The notes: a model not told the origin generated them from the letters alone. Counted from the first letter of the stretch, positions 52,010 through 62,959 are shown. The stretch is DNA of 64,000 bases from Chloroflexota bacterium (GCA_965261345.1 OZ253449.1:1440001-1504000); one strand, 5' to 3'. Translations and numbers: made by a program.

Positions 52010-52427
52010 TCCCCCGCCGAGCGGCGCGCTGCGGCCGGTCCACTGCGAACTGATCCGGGCGCGCTTTACCGATGCCGACCCCCAGGGGGCCAATCACCAT
52101 TCCGCCTACGTGAAGTGGCTGGAAGAAGCACGCCTGGGATGGCTGCGCCGCTGTGGCGTCCCTTACCGGCGCAATTTCGCCGATCGCGGCTTGGCCATAG
52201 TCGTGGCGGAGCTTTCGATCAAATACCTTCGGCCTACCACGTTCGAGGACCAGGTCTTGGTAACGATCCTGCTCCAGCGAGCAAGCCGCGCGCGGCTCGA
52301 TCTTGCCTACGAATTGCATCGGTCCGCGGGCGAACTGGTGGCCACGGCGCAGACCAAGCTCGCGTTCGTGAACCTGCAGGGACAGCCGGTTCGGTTGCCG
52401 CGCGAGCACCCGCTGCTCAAGGTTTAA
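51981..52427 (+). CDS. Acyl-CoA thioesterase (YbgC/4HBT hotdog family); start uncertain
   Basis: RFTDADPQGANHHSAYVKWLEEAR, IKYLRP..FED. Confidence 0.85.
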   Translation: MPAGSADSSSPPPSGALRPVHCELIRARFTDADPQGANHHSAYVKWLEEARLGWLRRCGVPYRRNFADRGLAIVVAELSIKYLRPTTFEDQVLVTILLQRASRARLDLAYELHRSAGELVATAQTKLAFVNLQGQPVRLPREHPLLKV

Positions 52428-52518
52428 ATTGCCGCGCGATATGGGCGTCGGCTGGGTATTGAAAATAGTACGGAGACGCCATTTGCAACTGCGCTCGGGA
52501 CGACGGGGGACTGCCCAC

Positions 52519-53253
52519 ATGTCGGAGAAGAAGACCGCGTTGGTCATCAGTGCCCATGCAGCCGATTTCGTGTGGCGCTGCGGCGGCGCCATCGCCCTGC
52601 ACCAGAAGCGGGGTTACGACGTGACCGTCGCCTGCCTGAGCTACGGCGAGCGCGGTGAGAGCGCCAACCTGTGGAAAAGCGGGCCCATGAGCCTTTCGCA
52701 GGTCAAGGCGGCGCGCCGCTTGGAGGCCGAGAACGCGGCCCGGGTACTGGATGTGCACGAGATCAAGTTTTTAGATCTTGGCGACTATCCGCTCACGCTC
52801 GACCGTAAGGCCAAGTTCCAGCTGGTTGACATAGTCCGGTCGGTGCAGCCGAAATTCATGCTCTCGCATTCGCGCTATGACCCCTACAACACCGACCACA
52901 TGCATGCCACTGAAGTTGCCATCGAGGTGCGGATGATCGCTCAGGCCTGGGGTCACAACCCGGGTGAGAAGGTGCTGGGGGCACCGCAGCTGTACCTGTT
53001 CGAGCCCCACCAGACCGAACAGATGGGATGGGTGCCGAACGTGCTGCTGGACATCTCCGAGGTCTGGGACCAAAAGCGCGCCGCCATCGAATGCATGGAG
53101 GGCCAGCACCATCTCTGGGACTATTACCAAAACGTGGCCGTAAACCGCGCCAACCACTTTCGCCGCAACTCCGGCGGACCGGCCGACGGGCGTCCGGCCC
53201 GCTATGCAGAGGCCTTCGAGGCGGTCTTCCCGCGCTGCGTTGACGAGCTTTGA
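52519..53253 (+). CDS. galB: 4-oxalomesaconate hydratase-like (PIG-L family)
   Basis: ALVISAHAADFVWRCGGAIALH, LSYGERGESA.LW, DPYNTDH, FEPHQTEQ match GalB-type sequences. Confidence 0.85.
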   Translation: MSEKKTALVISAHAADFVWRCGGAIALHQKRGYDVTVACLSYGERGESANLWKSGPMSLSQVKAARRLEAENAARVLDVHEIKFLDLGDYPLTLDRKAKFQLVDIVRSVQPKFMLSHSRYDPYNTDHMHATEVAIEVRMIAQAWGHNPGEKVLGAPQLYLFEPHQTEQMGWVPNVLLDISEVWDQKRAAIECMEGQHHLWDYYQNVAVNRANHFRRNSGGPADGRPARYAEAFEAVFPRCVDEL

Positions 53254-53373
53254 CCGATACGGTTGTGGGTTGCGACACCGCCCGGGCGGGGCGGTCGGCC
53301 ATCGAAGGACTCGGGCAACTTGGATTGGGCAGATTTGGCCGGCGTGAACCGCCGGCCCCACCCGGTTTCAGAT

Positions 53374-54471
53374 ATGCCTGATTGGGCCAACTGCATGTGG
53401 ATGCGCGGCGGCACCTCCAAGGGTGCGTTTTTTCTGGCGCGGGACCTCCCGCAGCAGCCGGAGGCGAGGGACCGCTTTCTGCTATCGATCATGGGATCGC
53501 CGGATGACCGTCAAATCGATGGGATGGGCGGCGCCGATCCACTTACGTCTAAGGTCGCGGTGGTGCGGCCTTCACAGCGTTCCGGAGTGGATGTGGACTA
53601 CCTTTTTCTGCAGGTCGCGGTCGATGAACCGCTCGTTTCCGATTCGCAGAACTGCGGCAACATGCTAGCTGGGGTCGGGCCGTTTGCAATCGAGCGTGGC
53701 CTGGTGGCGGCCGGTGAAGGGAAAACGCGCGTGGCCATCTACATGGAAAACACCGGGCAAGTGGCGGTGGCCACGGTGGCGACTCCTGCGGGCCGGGTCA
53801 ACTACGCCGGCGCGGCCTGCCTCGACGGCGTCCCCGGCGCGGCGGCCCCGGTGCCATTGGAATTTAAGGACATAGCTGGATCGAGCTGCGGCCGCCTGCT
53901 GCCCACCGGCAATGCGCGTGACTGGGTCGAGGGCATCGCGCTGACCATGATCGACAACGGGATGCCCTGCGTGATCCTTTCGGCCGCCGACCTGGGCGTG
54001 CGCGGCAGCGAGGCCCGCACCGAACTGGAGGGCAACCAGGCCCTAAAGACCCAGCTTGAGCGCGTTCGACTCAAATGCGGGCCGCTGATGAACCTGGGTG
54101 ATGTGCGCGCCAAGACAGTGCCTAAGATGACGCTGGTGAGCCCGCCGCGATCGGGCGGGGCGATTTCGACCCGGACATTTATCCCGCACCGTTGCCATGC
54201 CAGCATCGGCGTCTTCGGCGCGGTCAGTGTTGCCACCGCCTGCCTGCTTGAGGGTTCGCTCGCCGCCGCCGCCGCGGTCGTGCCCGCCGGGGCGGTCAAA
54301 GATCTCCAGATCGAGCACCCGAGCGGTCGCCTGGCGATCCGCCTGCAGCTTGACCGCGCCGGCGCGGTCGAGAGCGCCGCGATCCTGCGGACCGCGCGCA
54401 AACTCTTTGACGGAGTCGTCTTTAGCGCCCTTGAGCCCAAACCATTGAATCGAATCCAAAAGCACGAGTGA
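53374..54471 (+). CDS. galD: 4-oxalomesaconate tautomerase (PrpF/FldA family)
   Basis: MRGGTSKG, GSPDDRQIDGMGGADPLTSKVAVV, QNCGNM, TFIPHRCHASIGV, EHPSG, RTARKLFDG. Confidence 0.9.
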   Translation: MPDWANCMWMRGGTSKGAFFLARDLPQQPEARDRFLLSIMGSPDDRQIDGMGGADPLTSKVAVVRPSQRSGVDVDYLFLQVAVDEPLVSDSQNCGNMLAGVGPFAIERGLVAAGEGKTRVAIYMENTGQVAVATVATPAGRVNYAGAACLDGVPGAAAPVPLEFKDIAGSSCGRLLPTGNARDWVEGIALTMIDNGMPCVILSAADLGVRGSEARTELEGNQALKTQLERVRLKCGPLMNLGDVRAKTVPKMTLVSPPRSGGAISTRTFIPHRCHASIGVFGAVSVATACLLEGSLAAAAAVVPAGAVKDLQIEHPSGRLAIRLQLDRAGAVESAAILRTARKLFDGVVFSALEPKPLNRIQKHE

Positions 54472-55436
54472 GCACGATGCCCGAACCCTGTTTTGACGTT
54501 GCCCACCTCGGGCACGTGGAGCTCTACAGCGACAGGTTCGAACAGAGCCTGGATTTTTTTACCCGCGTCTACGGCTTAACCGAGACCGCACGCTGGGGCG
54601 AGAGTTCCTACCTGCGCGCGTTCGACGACTATGAGCATCACACCCTCAAACTGACCCGGTACGAAACCACCGGGGTGGGCCACATCGCCTACCGTTGTTC
54701 CTCGGCGCCGGCGCTGGCGCGCCGGGTGGCGGCGATTGAGGCCGCCGGCTACCCGGGGCATTGGACCGATGGGGACTTGGGTCACGGACCGGCCTTCCGG
54801 TTCGAGGATCCCTTTGGGCACGCGTTTGAACTGTACTGGGAGACTGAATGCTACGTGCCGGCCCCGGACCAGCGACCGGCGCTGAAAAACCTGGCGCAGA
54901 AATATCACGGGCGGGGCTGCTGCCCGCGGCGCCTAGACCACGTAAACCTCTTGGCCGAAGACGTAACCGTGTTCTGCGACTTTATGGTGACCTGCTTGGG
55001 TTCGCGCGTTACCGAACAGATCCAGCTCGACAATGGCCGACTGGCCGGCTGCTGGTTCACGATCAACAACAAGACCTACGATCTGGCCTGCACCGAGGAG
55101 CACGGCGGAGGGAGTGGGCGGTTTCACCACCTAACGTACGCGATCGACCAACGCGAGGACATCCTCAGGGCGGCCGACATCTTCCTCGAAAACGGCGTCC
55201 ATATCGAGACCGGACCCCACAAGCACGCCATCCAGGGTACTTTTTTCCTCTACGTTTGGGAACCGGCCGGCAACCGCCTGGAATTGGCAAATTCGGGCGC
55301 GCGGCTGATTCTGCGGCCGGACTGGGAAACGGTTACCTGGACCGAATCCGAGCGCAGCAAGGGTCAGGCCTGGGGCCTTAAAACCATCGAGACCTTCCAT
55401 ACCCACGGAACGCCGCCGTTCAAAGCGCCAAATTAA
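54468..55436 (+). CDS. Type I (VOC-fold) extradiol dioxygenase, catechol 2,3-dioxygenase-like
   Basis: AHLGHVEL, RLDHVN, FHHLTY, GPHKHAIQGTFFLYVWEPAGNRLE. Confidence 0.92.
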   Translation: MSTMPEPCFDVAHLGHVELYSDRFEQSLDFFTRVYGLTETARWGESSYLRAFDDYEHHTLKLTRYETTGVGHIAYRCSSAPALARRVAAIEAAGYPGHWTDGDLGHGPAFRFEDPFGHAFELYWETECYVPAPDQRPALKNLAQKYHGRGCCPRRLDHVNLLAEDVTVFCDFMVTCLGSRVTEQIQLDNGRLAGCWFTINNKTYDLACTEEHGGGSGRFHHLTYAIDQREDILRAADIFLENGVHIETGPHKHAIQGTFFLYVWEPAGNRLELANSGARLILRPDWETVTWTESERSKGQAWGLKTIETFHTHGTPPFKAPN

Positions 55437-55542
55437 AAAAATTGGCCGGTTCGCTCTGGCGCGGCTTCTCAGTTGCCGGTAGCTGGCAAAGGACTGGGGT
55501 TTTGGGCGCGGGCCCGAGTCTGGGCCGCTTACCGGATCGGAT

Positions 55543-56250
55543 TTAGCGCTTGAGCAGGGATTCGAGCAGGTTGGCGGCTTGGGCGACGCTGGCCACTTCC
55601 CAGGTTGGAACGGGACCGTCCCGGTCCAATTTGAGCTGGCTGTGATTTATCCAGAGCGAGCACAGGCCGGCCGCGTTGGCGCCGGCGATGTCGGTGTAAG
55701 GGTTGTCGCCGATCATTACCGTCTGGGCCGGGGCGGTCCGGCTGGCCGCCAGTGCCAATTTGAAGATCTTCGGGTCGGGCTTCCAGATCCCGTGTTCTTC
55801 GCTGATGAATATCTCGTTAAAGACCCCGGTGGCGTAGCCCAACTGTTCCAGTTTGGGGCGCTGGATGCGCCCAAAGCCGTTGGTGATCAGGCAGCGCGGC
55901 AACCCCCGGCAAGCCGCCAGCAGGCGCGCGGCGGCCGGGTGCTCCCGATTGGACTGGTCGTAGCGCGAATTTAGCTCGTCACAGAGCAACCCAGGCAGGT
56001 CGGGATCGTGCACTCCAAGTGCGGCCAGCGGCCGGGCGAACCAGTCGATCTGTTGGGCTTCCGCCCAAGCGTGGCGGCCCATAAGGTCACCTACCAGGGC
56101 GATGCTGGCATCGATCGCCCGCGAGCGCAGGTCCCCGGGCAGCTGTCCGGCGGCCGCCTCATAGGTGGCCCGCAGGCGGGTGCGCATCCGGTAGCCATAG
56201 TCGAGCAGGACGTCGTCAAGGTCGAAGAAGACCGCGCCCAGCGGTCCCAC
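55543..56250 (-). CDS. HAD-superfamily hydrolase (subfamily IA)
   Basis: FFDLDDVL, ITNG, KPDPKIF, IGDNPYTDIAGA. Confidence 0.92.
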   Translation of the reverse strand: MGPLGAVFFDLDDVLLDYGYRMRTRLRATYEAAAGQLPGDLRSRAIDASIALVGDLMGRHAWAEAQQIDWFARPLAALGVHDPDLPGLLCDELNSRYDQSNREHPAAARLLAACRGLPRCLITNGFGRIQRPKLEQLGYATGVFNEIFISEEHGIWKPDPKIFKLALAASRTAPAQTVMIGDNPYTDIAGANAAGLCSLWINHSQLKLDRDGPVPTWEVASVAQAANLLESLLKR

Positions 56251-56264
56251 GTCAGCGGCCTGAT

Positions 56265-56714
56265 TCAGGAAGCTGACTCGTCTGAGTAAGTTGAGCCGGG
56301 GCTGGCCTCGGCGCTAACTTGAAGGGCGTTCCAGGCAAGGGTTGCGCACTTGATGCGAATTGGATAGCGGGTCACCCCCTGGAGCGCCTCGAGATCGCCG
56401 AGCTGCTCGGGATCGACCTGCCCGCCGGTGAACAATGCCCGCACGTCGCCGGCCAGGGCGAGCGCGTAGTCGAGGCGGCGTCCGGTGATTGCCTCGGTGA
56501 GCATCGAGGCCGAGGCCTGCGAGATCGAGCAGCCGTGGCCGTCAAAGGCGACCTGTTCGATGACCCCGTCGGAAACCTTAAGGGTCAGTTCAATGTCGTC
56601 GCCGCAGAGCGGGTTGTAACCGCGGGCGGTCAGGTCAGGGTTTTCTACCCGACCCTTGTGTCGCGGGCTGCGGTAGTGATCGAGGATGATCTCGCGATAG
56701 AGGTCGTCGAGCAT
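56265..56714 (-). CDS. sufU: SUF system NifU-family protein SufU
   Basis: LYREIILDHY, NPLCGD, GCSISQAS, RIKCATL. Confidence 0.96.
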   Translation of the reverse strand: MLDDLYREIILDHYRSPRHKGRVENPDLTARGYNPLCGDDIELTLKVSDGVIEQVAFDGHGCSISQASASMLTEAITGRRLDYALALAGDVRALFTGGQVDPEQLGDLEALQGVTRYPIRIKCATLAWNALQVSAEASPGSTYSDESAS

Positions 56715-57974
56715 TTAGCCGAAGAACTCCCGCGCCCGATGGATCGCGCGCACCAGCGCATCGACCTCCTGGTGGGTGTTGTAGAGGTAGAAACTGGCCC
56801 GGGCGGTCGATCCCACCCCCAGGGCGGCCATCAGCGGCTGGGCGCAGTGGTGCCCGGCGCGGACCGCGATCCCCTCACTGTCGAGGACCTGGCCCAGATC
56901 GTGCGGATGCAGCTCGTCCAGGTTGAAAGCGATCACCGCCCCGCGCGAACCCGGATCCTTCGGCCCGTAGATGGTGAGTCCGTCGATCTCGCCCAGTGCC
57001 GCCAGGGCGTGCTTGGTCAGGGCGCGCTCATGGGCGTTTATCGCCGTCAGCGAGACCGCCTGTAGGTATTCGACCGCCGCCCCCAGGCCGATCGCCCCGG
57101 CGATGTTGGGGGTTCCGGCCTCGAATTTGTAGGGGAGCTGGTTCCAGGTTGACTTCTTAAGGGTTACGGTGGCGATCATGTCGCCGCCGCCCTGATAGGG
57201 GTTGGCGCGCTCGAGCAGTTCGCGCTTGCCGTAGAGGGCGCCAATGCCGGTCGGGCCCAGCATCTTGTGACCCGAAAAGGTCAAAAAATCAAGGTCTAGG
57301 GCCTGGACATCGACTTTCTGGTTGGGGACCATTTGGGCGCCGTCGACCACGATGACCGCGCCGACTGAGTGCGCCAGCCGGGCGACCGCGGCAACGTCCA
57401 CGGTTACCCCCAGCACGTTGGACATGCCGGTGACCGCCACCACCTTGGTGCGTTCATTAATGACCTTAGCGAACCGCTCCGGTGCCGGCGGGATACGGTG
57501 ATCACCGAGCCGCAGGGCGACCAGCTCGGCCCCGCTGGCCTCACATACCATTTGCCAGGGCACGATGTTGGAGTGATGCTCGAACTCGGTAATTAGTACC
57601 TGGTCGCCGGGCCCCAGGCGCGGTCGGGCCCAGGACCAGGCCACCAGGTTTAGGCCCTCGGTGGCCCCGCGGGTCCAGATCAGCTCTTCCGGTTCGGCGG
57701 CATTGATCAGCGAGGCGACGGTGGCCCGGGCGCGCTCGTATTGATCGGTGGCGACCTGGCTCAGGTAATGGATGCCGCGATGGACATTGGAATGGGTTTG
57801 GCGATAGTAATCAGACAGCGCGCCAATAACCTGCTCGGGCTTTTGCGATGAGGCGGCGTTGTCCAGGTAGACCAGCGGCTTGCCGCCGATCTTGCGCCCC
57901 AGGATCGGAAAGTCGGCCCGCAGGGCGAGCGGGTCCAGGGCGGGAGCGGGAGTTTTGGGAGTCGAGATGGCCAT
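56715..57974 (-). CDS. sufS: Cysteine desulfurase SufS
   Basis: YLDNAASSQKP, SNVHRG, EHHSNIVPW, SGHKMLGPTG, RAGHHCAQP. Confidence 0.97.
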   Translation of the reverse strand: MAISTPKTPAPALDPLALRADFPILGRKIGGKPLVYLDNAASSQKPEQVIGALSDYYRQTHSNVHRGIHYLSQVATDQYERARATVASLINAAEPEELIWTRGATEGLNLVAWSWARPRLGPGDQVLITEFEHHSNIVPWQMVCEASGAELVALRLGDHRIPPAPERFAKVINERTKVVAVTGMSNVLGVTVDVAAVARLAHSVGAVIVVDGAQMVPNQKVDVQALDLDFLTFSGHKMLGPTGIGALYGKRELLERANPYQGGGDMIATVTLKKSTWNQLPYKFEAGTPNIAGAIGLGAAVEYLQAVSLTAINAHERALTKHALAALGEIDGLTIYGPKDPGSRGAVIAFNLDELHPHDLGQVLDSEGIAVRAGHHCAQPLMAALGVGSTARASFYLYNTHQEVDALVRAIHRAREFFG

Positions 57975-57995
57975 TGCTTAGATTTTGCGCCGCTG

Positions 57996-58319
57996 CTAGG
58001 TGATCGTTACCACGATCTGACCGTCCTCAATATCGGTCACAAACGTCTCCACCGCGGTGGTGGCCGGCGCCGATAGCGGCTCGCCCGTATCTAGGTCGAA
58101 CATGGCCCCGTGCAGGGGACACATCACCGTGCAAAAGTCCGGATTCACCTCGCCTTCCGACAGCGAGGCCTGGGCGTGCGAACAGGTGTCGGAGAGCGCG
58201 CGCACCTCGCCCCGGGCCTTAAAGATCGCCACCAACACCCCGCCGGCGCGGAACTTGCGGGCGCCGCCTTCCTCGAGTTCGGAGTAGGCGCAGACCGCGT
58301 AGCGACCGGCCCGAATCAT
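57996..58319 (-). CDS. Rieske-type [2Fe-2S] ferredoxin
   Basis: CSH and CPLHG ligand motifs. Confidence 0.94.
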   Translation of the reverse strand: MIRAGRYAVCAYSELEEGGARKFRAGGVLVAIFKARGEVRALSDTCSHAQASLSEGEVNPDFCTVMCPLHGAMFDLDTGEPLSAPATTAVETFVTDIEDGQIVVTIT

Positions 58320-59644
58320 GCCTTCTCGCTGATCCCGGCGCGGCGCAGAACTTCCTGCTCCAAAGCACCGCGTACGTTGGCGTCTTTGACCCGGGCTAAG
58401 ACCGGCTCGACGTAGCCGCGGATCGCCAGACCCTCGGCGGCGGCCTTGGTGAACCCGCGGCTCATCAGGTAGAACAGCTCTTCCTCATCGACCCGGCCGA
58501 TCGTGGCCCCGTGGGTGCAGCGCACGTCGTAGGTGCGGATTTCCATCCCCGGTATCGAGTCGGCGCGAGCCTGCTTGGAGAGCAGCAGGTTGTCGTTTTG
58601 CTGATAGGTATTGCTCTGACCGGCGCTCTCGGAGATGGCGATCGTGCCATAGAAGACCGAGCGCGAGCGCTCGCGCAGGACGCCCTTGTAGATCAGGTTG
58701 GAGAAGGTGTGGTCGCCGTCGTGGATCTGGCGGGTTTCATGGTCGATGTGACGGCGCCCGTCCATCAGCGAGAGCCCCCAGATCTGGCCCTGGGCGCCGG
58801 TGGCCGGAAAGGAGGCCTCGGTGTAGGTTTTGGCCAGGGCCGCTCCCAGCGAGAACTGGATCAGGTTGACGCTGGCATTGCGCCCGGCCACCGAGCGGAT
58901 GTGCGCAAAGGCGGCCGTATGCATGCCCCAGTTTTGGATCTGGGCGTAATTTAGGCAGGCCTCGTCGCCCACGTAGGCATGGACCAGCGGACAGGCCAGG
59001 GTCTCGCGATCCAGGGTGGCCGAGCAGTGCTCCTCGACTAAGTCGACGCTGGCTCCGTCGTCGACCCAGATTAGGACCCGCGGGAACACCGCGATGCCCG
59101 CGCGGGTGGTTCCCAGCAGGCTGTGCAGGGGGCCCTTGATCGAAACGCCCTTGGGAACGTAGACGAACAGGCCGCCGTTCCAGAAGGCTGCATTCAGGCT
59201 GGCAAATTTGTCAACCGAACTGGCCGGCCGATCGGCCAGGAAGGGGAGCTTGGCCAGCAACTCGCGGTGCTTTTCGGCGGCCTCGGCGAGCGAGCAGAAG
59301 ATCAGTCCGGACGCCGCCGCTTCACTGTCAAGGAAGATCTCGGGCGCCTGCCAGTTGACCTGGGTGCTGCGGCCGACAAACCAGGCCGGGTCCAGCAATC
59401 CGGCCGGCGCGAGATCCTGCGGTCGGGATTGGCTTCCCCAGGCGGCAAAATCGTCGGGATCAATGCCCCGAAGGTCGGTTCGCCGCCAGGTCTCGTCGGT
59501 TAGGGTCGGCAGCGCGGTGGCCTGGTATTGCCGCCAGGCCAAGCGGCGCTGCTTGGCCAGCCAGTCGGGCTCGCCCAACTGGGCCGAGCGTTGTTCTAGC
59601 AACTCCCGGCTGGGGCGGGCGGTAAGTTCCGGGGCGAGGGCCAT
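58316..59644 (-). CDS. sufD: Fe-S assembly protein SufD
   Basis: ETWRRTDL, QQNDNLLLS...ADSIPGMEI...DVRCTHGATIG...FYLMSRG. Confidence 0.94.
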   Translation of the reverse strand: MALAPELTARPSRELLEQRSAQLGEPDWLAKQRRLAWRQYQATALPTLTDETWRRTDLRGIDPDDFAAWGSQSRPQDLAPAGLLDPAWFVGRSTQVNWQAPEIFLDSEAAASGLIFCSLAEAAEKHRELLAKLPFLADRPASSVDKFASLNAAFWNGGLFVYVPKGVSIKGPLHSLLGTTRAGIAVFPRVLIWVDDGASVDLVEEHCSATLDRETLACPLVHAYVGDEACLNYAQIQNWGMHTAAFAHIRSVAGRNASVNLIQFSLGAALAKTYTEASFPATGAQGQIWGLSLMDGRRHIDHETRQIHDGDHTFSNLIYKGVLRERSRSVFYGTIAISESAGQSNTYQQNDNLLLSKQARADSIPGMEIRTYDVRCTHGATIGRVDEEELFYLMSRGFTKAAAEGLAIRGYVEPVLARVKDANVRGALEQEVLRRAGISEKA

Positions 59645-59762
59645 TAGCGGGGGACCTAAATTTGTGTCGTTAAAAGCGGTTTGAGGTGCGTGAGCCTACG
59701 CCGCCGGACGGGTGTGCCCGGGTCGCGGCGGGCTGGCTTTAAGAGAAGGGCAGGATCGCGGT

Positions 59763-61184
59763 TTAGCCGACCGATCCCTCCATCTCCAGCTCGATTAGGC
59801 GGTTCATTTCGACCGCGTATTCCATCGGCAGTCCCTTGATGAACTCCTCAAAGAACCCGGTCACTATCACCGAAGTGGCCTTTTCCTCCGACAGTCCGCG
59901 GCTCATCAGGTAGAAGATCTCGGCGTCGCCGATCTTGGAGACGGTGGCCTCGTGACCGATCTGCGATTCCTCTTCCGAGATCTCGATGTAGGGATAGGTA
60001 TCGGTCTTAGATTCCGGGGTCAGCAGCATGGCGTCGCAGCGCACGAAAGACTTGGACCCGACCGCGCCGGGTTCGACCTTTAGCAGTCCGCGGTAGCTGG
60101 CCCGACCGGTGCCGTTGGAGATCGACTTGGAGCTGATCGTAGATGAGGTGTTGGGGGCGGCGTGAACGATCTTGGCGCCGGCGTCCTGGTGCTGGCCGCT
60201 ATTGGCATAGGCCACCGAGAGCACTTCGCCGCGGGCGTGTTCGCCGAGCAGGTGAATGGCCGGGTATTTCATCGTGACTTTGGAGCCGATGTTGCCATCG
60301 ATCCACTCGACCGCTGCCCCGGCGGCGGCGGTGGCCCGCTTTGTGACCAGGTTGTAGACGTTGTTGGACCAGTTCTGGATCGTCGTGTAACGGACGTGCG
60401 AGTTCTCCAGGGCGATGATTTCGACCACCGCCGAATGGAGCGAGTTGCGGGCATAAACCGGCGCCGTGCAGCCCTCGATGTAGTGGACCGAGCCGCCGGG
60501 CTCACAGATGATCAGGGTGCGTTCGAACTGGCCGGCCGATTCGGCATTGATCCGAAAGTAAGCCTGCAGTGGGAGTTCGACGTGGACGCCCTCGGGCACG
60601 TAGACGAAGCTTCCGCCGCTCCAGACCGCGGTGTTTAGCGCCGCGAATTTGTTGTCGTTGTAGGGAATGATGGTCGCAAAGTAGCGTTTCACCAGGTCGG
60701 GATACTCGCGCAGGCCGCCATCCATGTCCAGGAAGATTACGCCCTGTTCTTCGAGCTGGCCCTGGAGGTTGTGGTAGACGACCTCGGAGTCGTACTGGGC
60801 CCCCACCCCGGCCAGGAACTTCTTCTCGGCGTCGGGGATCCCGAGCCGATCGAAGGTGTTCTTGATGTAGTCGGGGACGTCGTCCCAGTTGTCGTCGGCG
60901 CCCTTGTCGGTGGCCCGCACGTAATAGCGGATCTTGTCAAAGTCGATCTCGGAGAGATCGGCGCCCCAGCCCGGCATCGGCCGGGCGATGAAGTCGGCGT
61001 AGGCCTTCAGCCGCAGCTCAAGCATCCACTCCGGTTCGTTCTTGAGCGCCGAAATCTGGCGGACTACGTTTTCGTCGATCCCCGGTTCGGTGGCAAAGTC
61101 GGCCGCCTCCGAATCGTGAAAACCGTATTTGTAGTCAAAATCAATATCGGCGTCGGCCGGCTTGATGATGTTTTCAGTGGCCAC
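59763..61184 (-). CDS. sufB: Fe-S assembly protein SufB
   Basis: [58 protein letters not shown]. Confidence 0.98.
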   Translation of the reverse strand: MATENIIKPADADIDFDYKYGFHDSEAADFATEPGIDENVVRQISALKNEPEWMLELRLKAYADFIARPMPGWGADLSEIDFDKIRYYVRATDKGADDNWDDVPDYIKNTFDRLGIPDAEKKFLAGVGAQYDSEVVYHNLQGQLEEQGVIFLDMDGGLREYPDLVKRYFATIIPYNDNKFAALNTAVWSGGSFVYVPEGVHVELPLQAYFRINAESAGQFERTLIICEPGGSVHYIEGCTAPVYARNSLHSAVVEIIALENSHVRYTTIQNWSNNVYNLVTKRATAAAGAAVEWIDGNIGSKVTMKYPAIHLLGEHARGEVLSVAYANSGQHQDAGAKIVHAAPNTSSTISSKSISNGTGRASYRGLLKVEPGAVGSKSFVRCDAMLLTPESKTDTYPYIEISEEESQIGHEATVSKIGDAEIFYLMSRGLSEEKATSVIVTGFFEEFIKGLPMEYAVEMNRLIELEMEGSVG

Positions 61185-61186
61185 GC

Positions 61187-61948
61187 TTATACCGCCTCTT
61201 GGGCAAATTGTTTATAGCCGTCGCGTTCGAGGGCGGTAGCCAGTTCGGGCCCGCCTTCGGCAACGATCCGGCCGTCGATGAGGACATGCACGAAATCGGG
61301 TTGGATGTAGTGCAGGATTCGTTGATAGTGAGTGATCAGCAGTACCCCGATGCCGGTTGGGCGCAGTGAATTTACGCCTTCCGCCACGATCTGCAGGGCA
61401 TCGATGTCAAGCCCTGAATCGGTTTCGTCGAGAATTCCCAGCATTGGTTCGAGCATTGCCATCTGCAGGATCTCGCAACGCTTCTTCTCGCCGCCCGAAA
61501 ACCCCTCGTTGAGGTAGCGCGAGGCAAAGCTGGGATCCATTTTGAGCAGCTCCATTTTTTCCAGCATCAGCAGCCGAAACTGCCGCACCCCGATTGGATT
61601 ATCGGAGCCACGGATCGCGTTTAGGGCCTCGCGCAGGAAGGCCACCATGGGCACTCCGGGGACCTCGACCGGGTACTGGAAGGCGAGGAAAATTCCGGCC
61701 CGAGCCCGCTCGTCGACTGCCCAATCGGTAATGTCCTGGCCCTTGTAGAGGACCTGCCCGCCGCTGATCGCGCAGCTGGGATTGCCCATCAGGGTGTTGG
61801 CCAGGGTGCTCTTGCCCGATCCGTTGGGGCCCATTACCGCGTGAACCTGACCGGCCCCGACCTCAAGATCGAGTCCGTGCAGGATTTCCTGGTCGTCGCG
61901 GGACACCCGCAAATCTTTTATTTGCAGCAGCGCTGGGTTGGTCATCAA
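61187..61948 (-). CDS. sufC: Fe-S assembly ATPase SufC
   Basis: [43 protein letters not shown]. Confidence 0.98.
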   Translation of the reverse strand: MMTNPALLQIKDLRVSRDDQEILHGLDLEVGAGQVHAVMGPNGSGKSTLANTLMGNPSCAISGGQVLYKGQDITDWAVDERARAGIFLAFQYPVEVPGVPMVAFLREALNAIRGSDNPIGVRQFRLLMLEKMELLKMDPSFASRYLNEGFSGGEKKRCEILQMAMLEPMLGILDETDSGLDIDALQIVAEGVNSLRPTGIGVLLITHYQRILHYIQPDFVHVLIDGRIVAEGGPELATALERDGYKQFAQEAV

Positions 61949-62062
61949 ATGTCGTTTATCACAGATTTAGGCGTGTTAGGTAAGCGTGGGCCTCCAGATT
62001 GCCAGGCCCACCCGGCTCGCACAAGTCTATTTCGGTCGGGTGGTAGGGTCGCTTAGGCGGTA

Positions 62063-62959
62063 CTAACCGGGTCCAGCCGGGTGGTTGGTCCAGTCCCAGC
62101 CCGGTTCGGGATCGGGCGCTTTGGCCACCGCGATCAGCTCGCTGGCGTTGGCGGCGGCCAGCTCGGGATCGGTGCGCACGATCAGATCGAGGCCGTCGGC
62201 GTCGCTCGCCAGCTCGCCAAGGTCTTGCCAGAGCTGTCCCAGCTCGGCCTCCGAGTACCGGTGGTGGGGCCTAAAGAGTGGGTCCTGGGCCTGGCGCCGC
62301 CAGCTCCCGCGGCTGCGCCCGTGGAGGCGGGCGACCGCCAGATCCGGTCCGGTGGTGGTGGCGACCAGGTCCGGGGCCGACTTGACCGGCTCGAAATCGG
62401 CGGCCGCCAGTGCGATTTCGGCATCGATGAGCAGCTCGAGCGTCGACTCGGTGCGCTCGGGGCGGGCGAACCAGCTGGGGTTGCGCAGCTCGACCGCCAG
62501 CGGCAGTCCGGGCAGGTTTTTTCGGCAGCTGGCCAGATAGGCTTCCGAATCCTCCCCGGCGCCAAACCAGGCCGGGAACTGCAGGTTGACGCTGGCCAGC
62601 TTGGTCCCCAGCGGGGCCAGCGCGGCGGCGAAGTCGGCAAAGAGGAAATCCGGCGGGGCAACCGCAAAGTGACGCCAGGCGACCCCGGGATCGGGGGTGG
62701 TGCCGGGCCGCAGTTGATGCAGGGTGAGCCCGCCGAAGCCGAGCACGTGGAACCGGAAAGCTTCGGGAACCGCCGCCGCCCAGGCGGCGAACCGTTCCGG
62801 TCCGGGGATCCCCTGGAAGGTCGAATCGATCTCGACCAGGGAGAAATGCTCGGCGTAGATGGCCAGCGTATCGGCTTCGCGGGTGCGCGGCGGATAAAAG
62901 TGGGCCAGGTGGCGCCAGCCGGAGGTGCCCACCGCCCAGGTTGCCGCTCGCTCGGTCAT
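62063..62959 (-). CDS. DUF72 (YecE-like) protein
   Basis: VGTSGW, YAEHFSLVEIDSTF, LQFP.WF, VELRNPSW, RLHGR, YSEAEL. Confidence 0.88.
   Translation of the reverse strand: MTERAATWAVGTSGWRHLAHFYPPRTREADTLAIYAEHFSLVEIDSTFQGIPGPERFAAWAAAVPEAFRFHVLGFGGLTLHQLRPGTTPDPGVAWRHFAVAPPDFLFADFAAALAPLGTKLASVNLQFPAWFGAGEDSEAYLASCRKNLPGLPLAVELRNPSWFARPERTESTLELLIDAEIALAAADFEPVKSAPDLVATTTGPDLAVARLHGRSRGSWRRQAQDPLFRPHHRYSEAELGQLWQDLGELASDADGLDLIVRTDPELAAANASELIAVAKAPDPEPGWDWTNHPAGPG

Noticed and set aside
59763-61184. Intein in SufB
   Set aside because: The 473-aa length is normal and there is no insertion or splice motif
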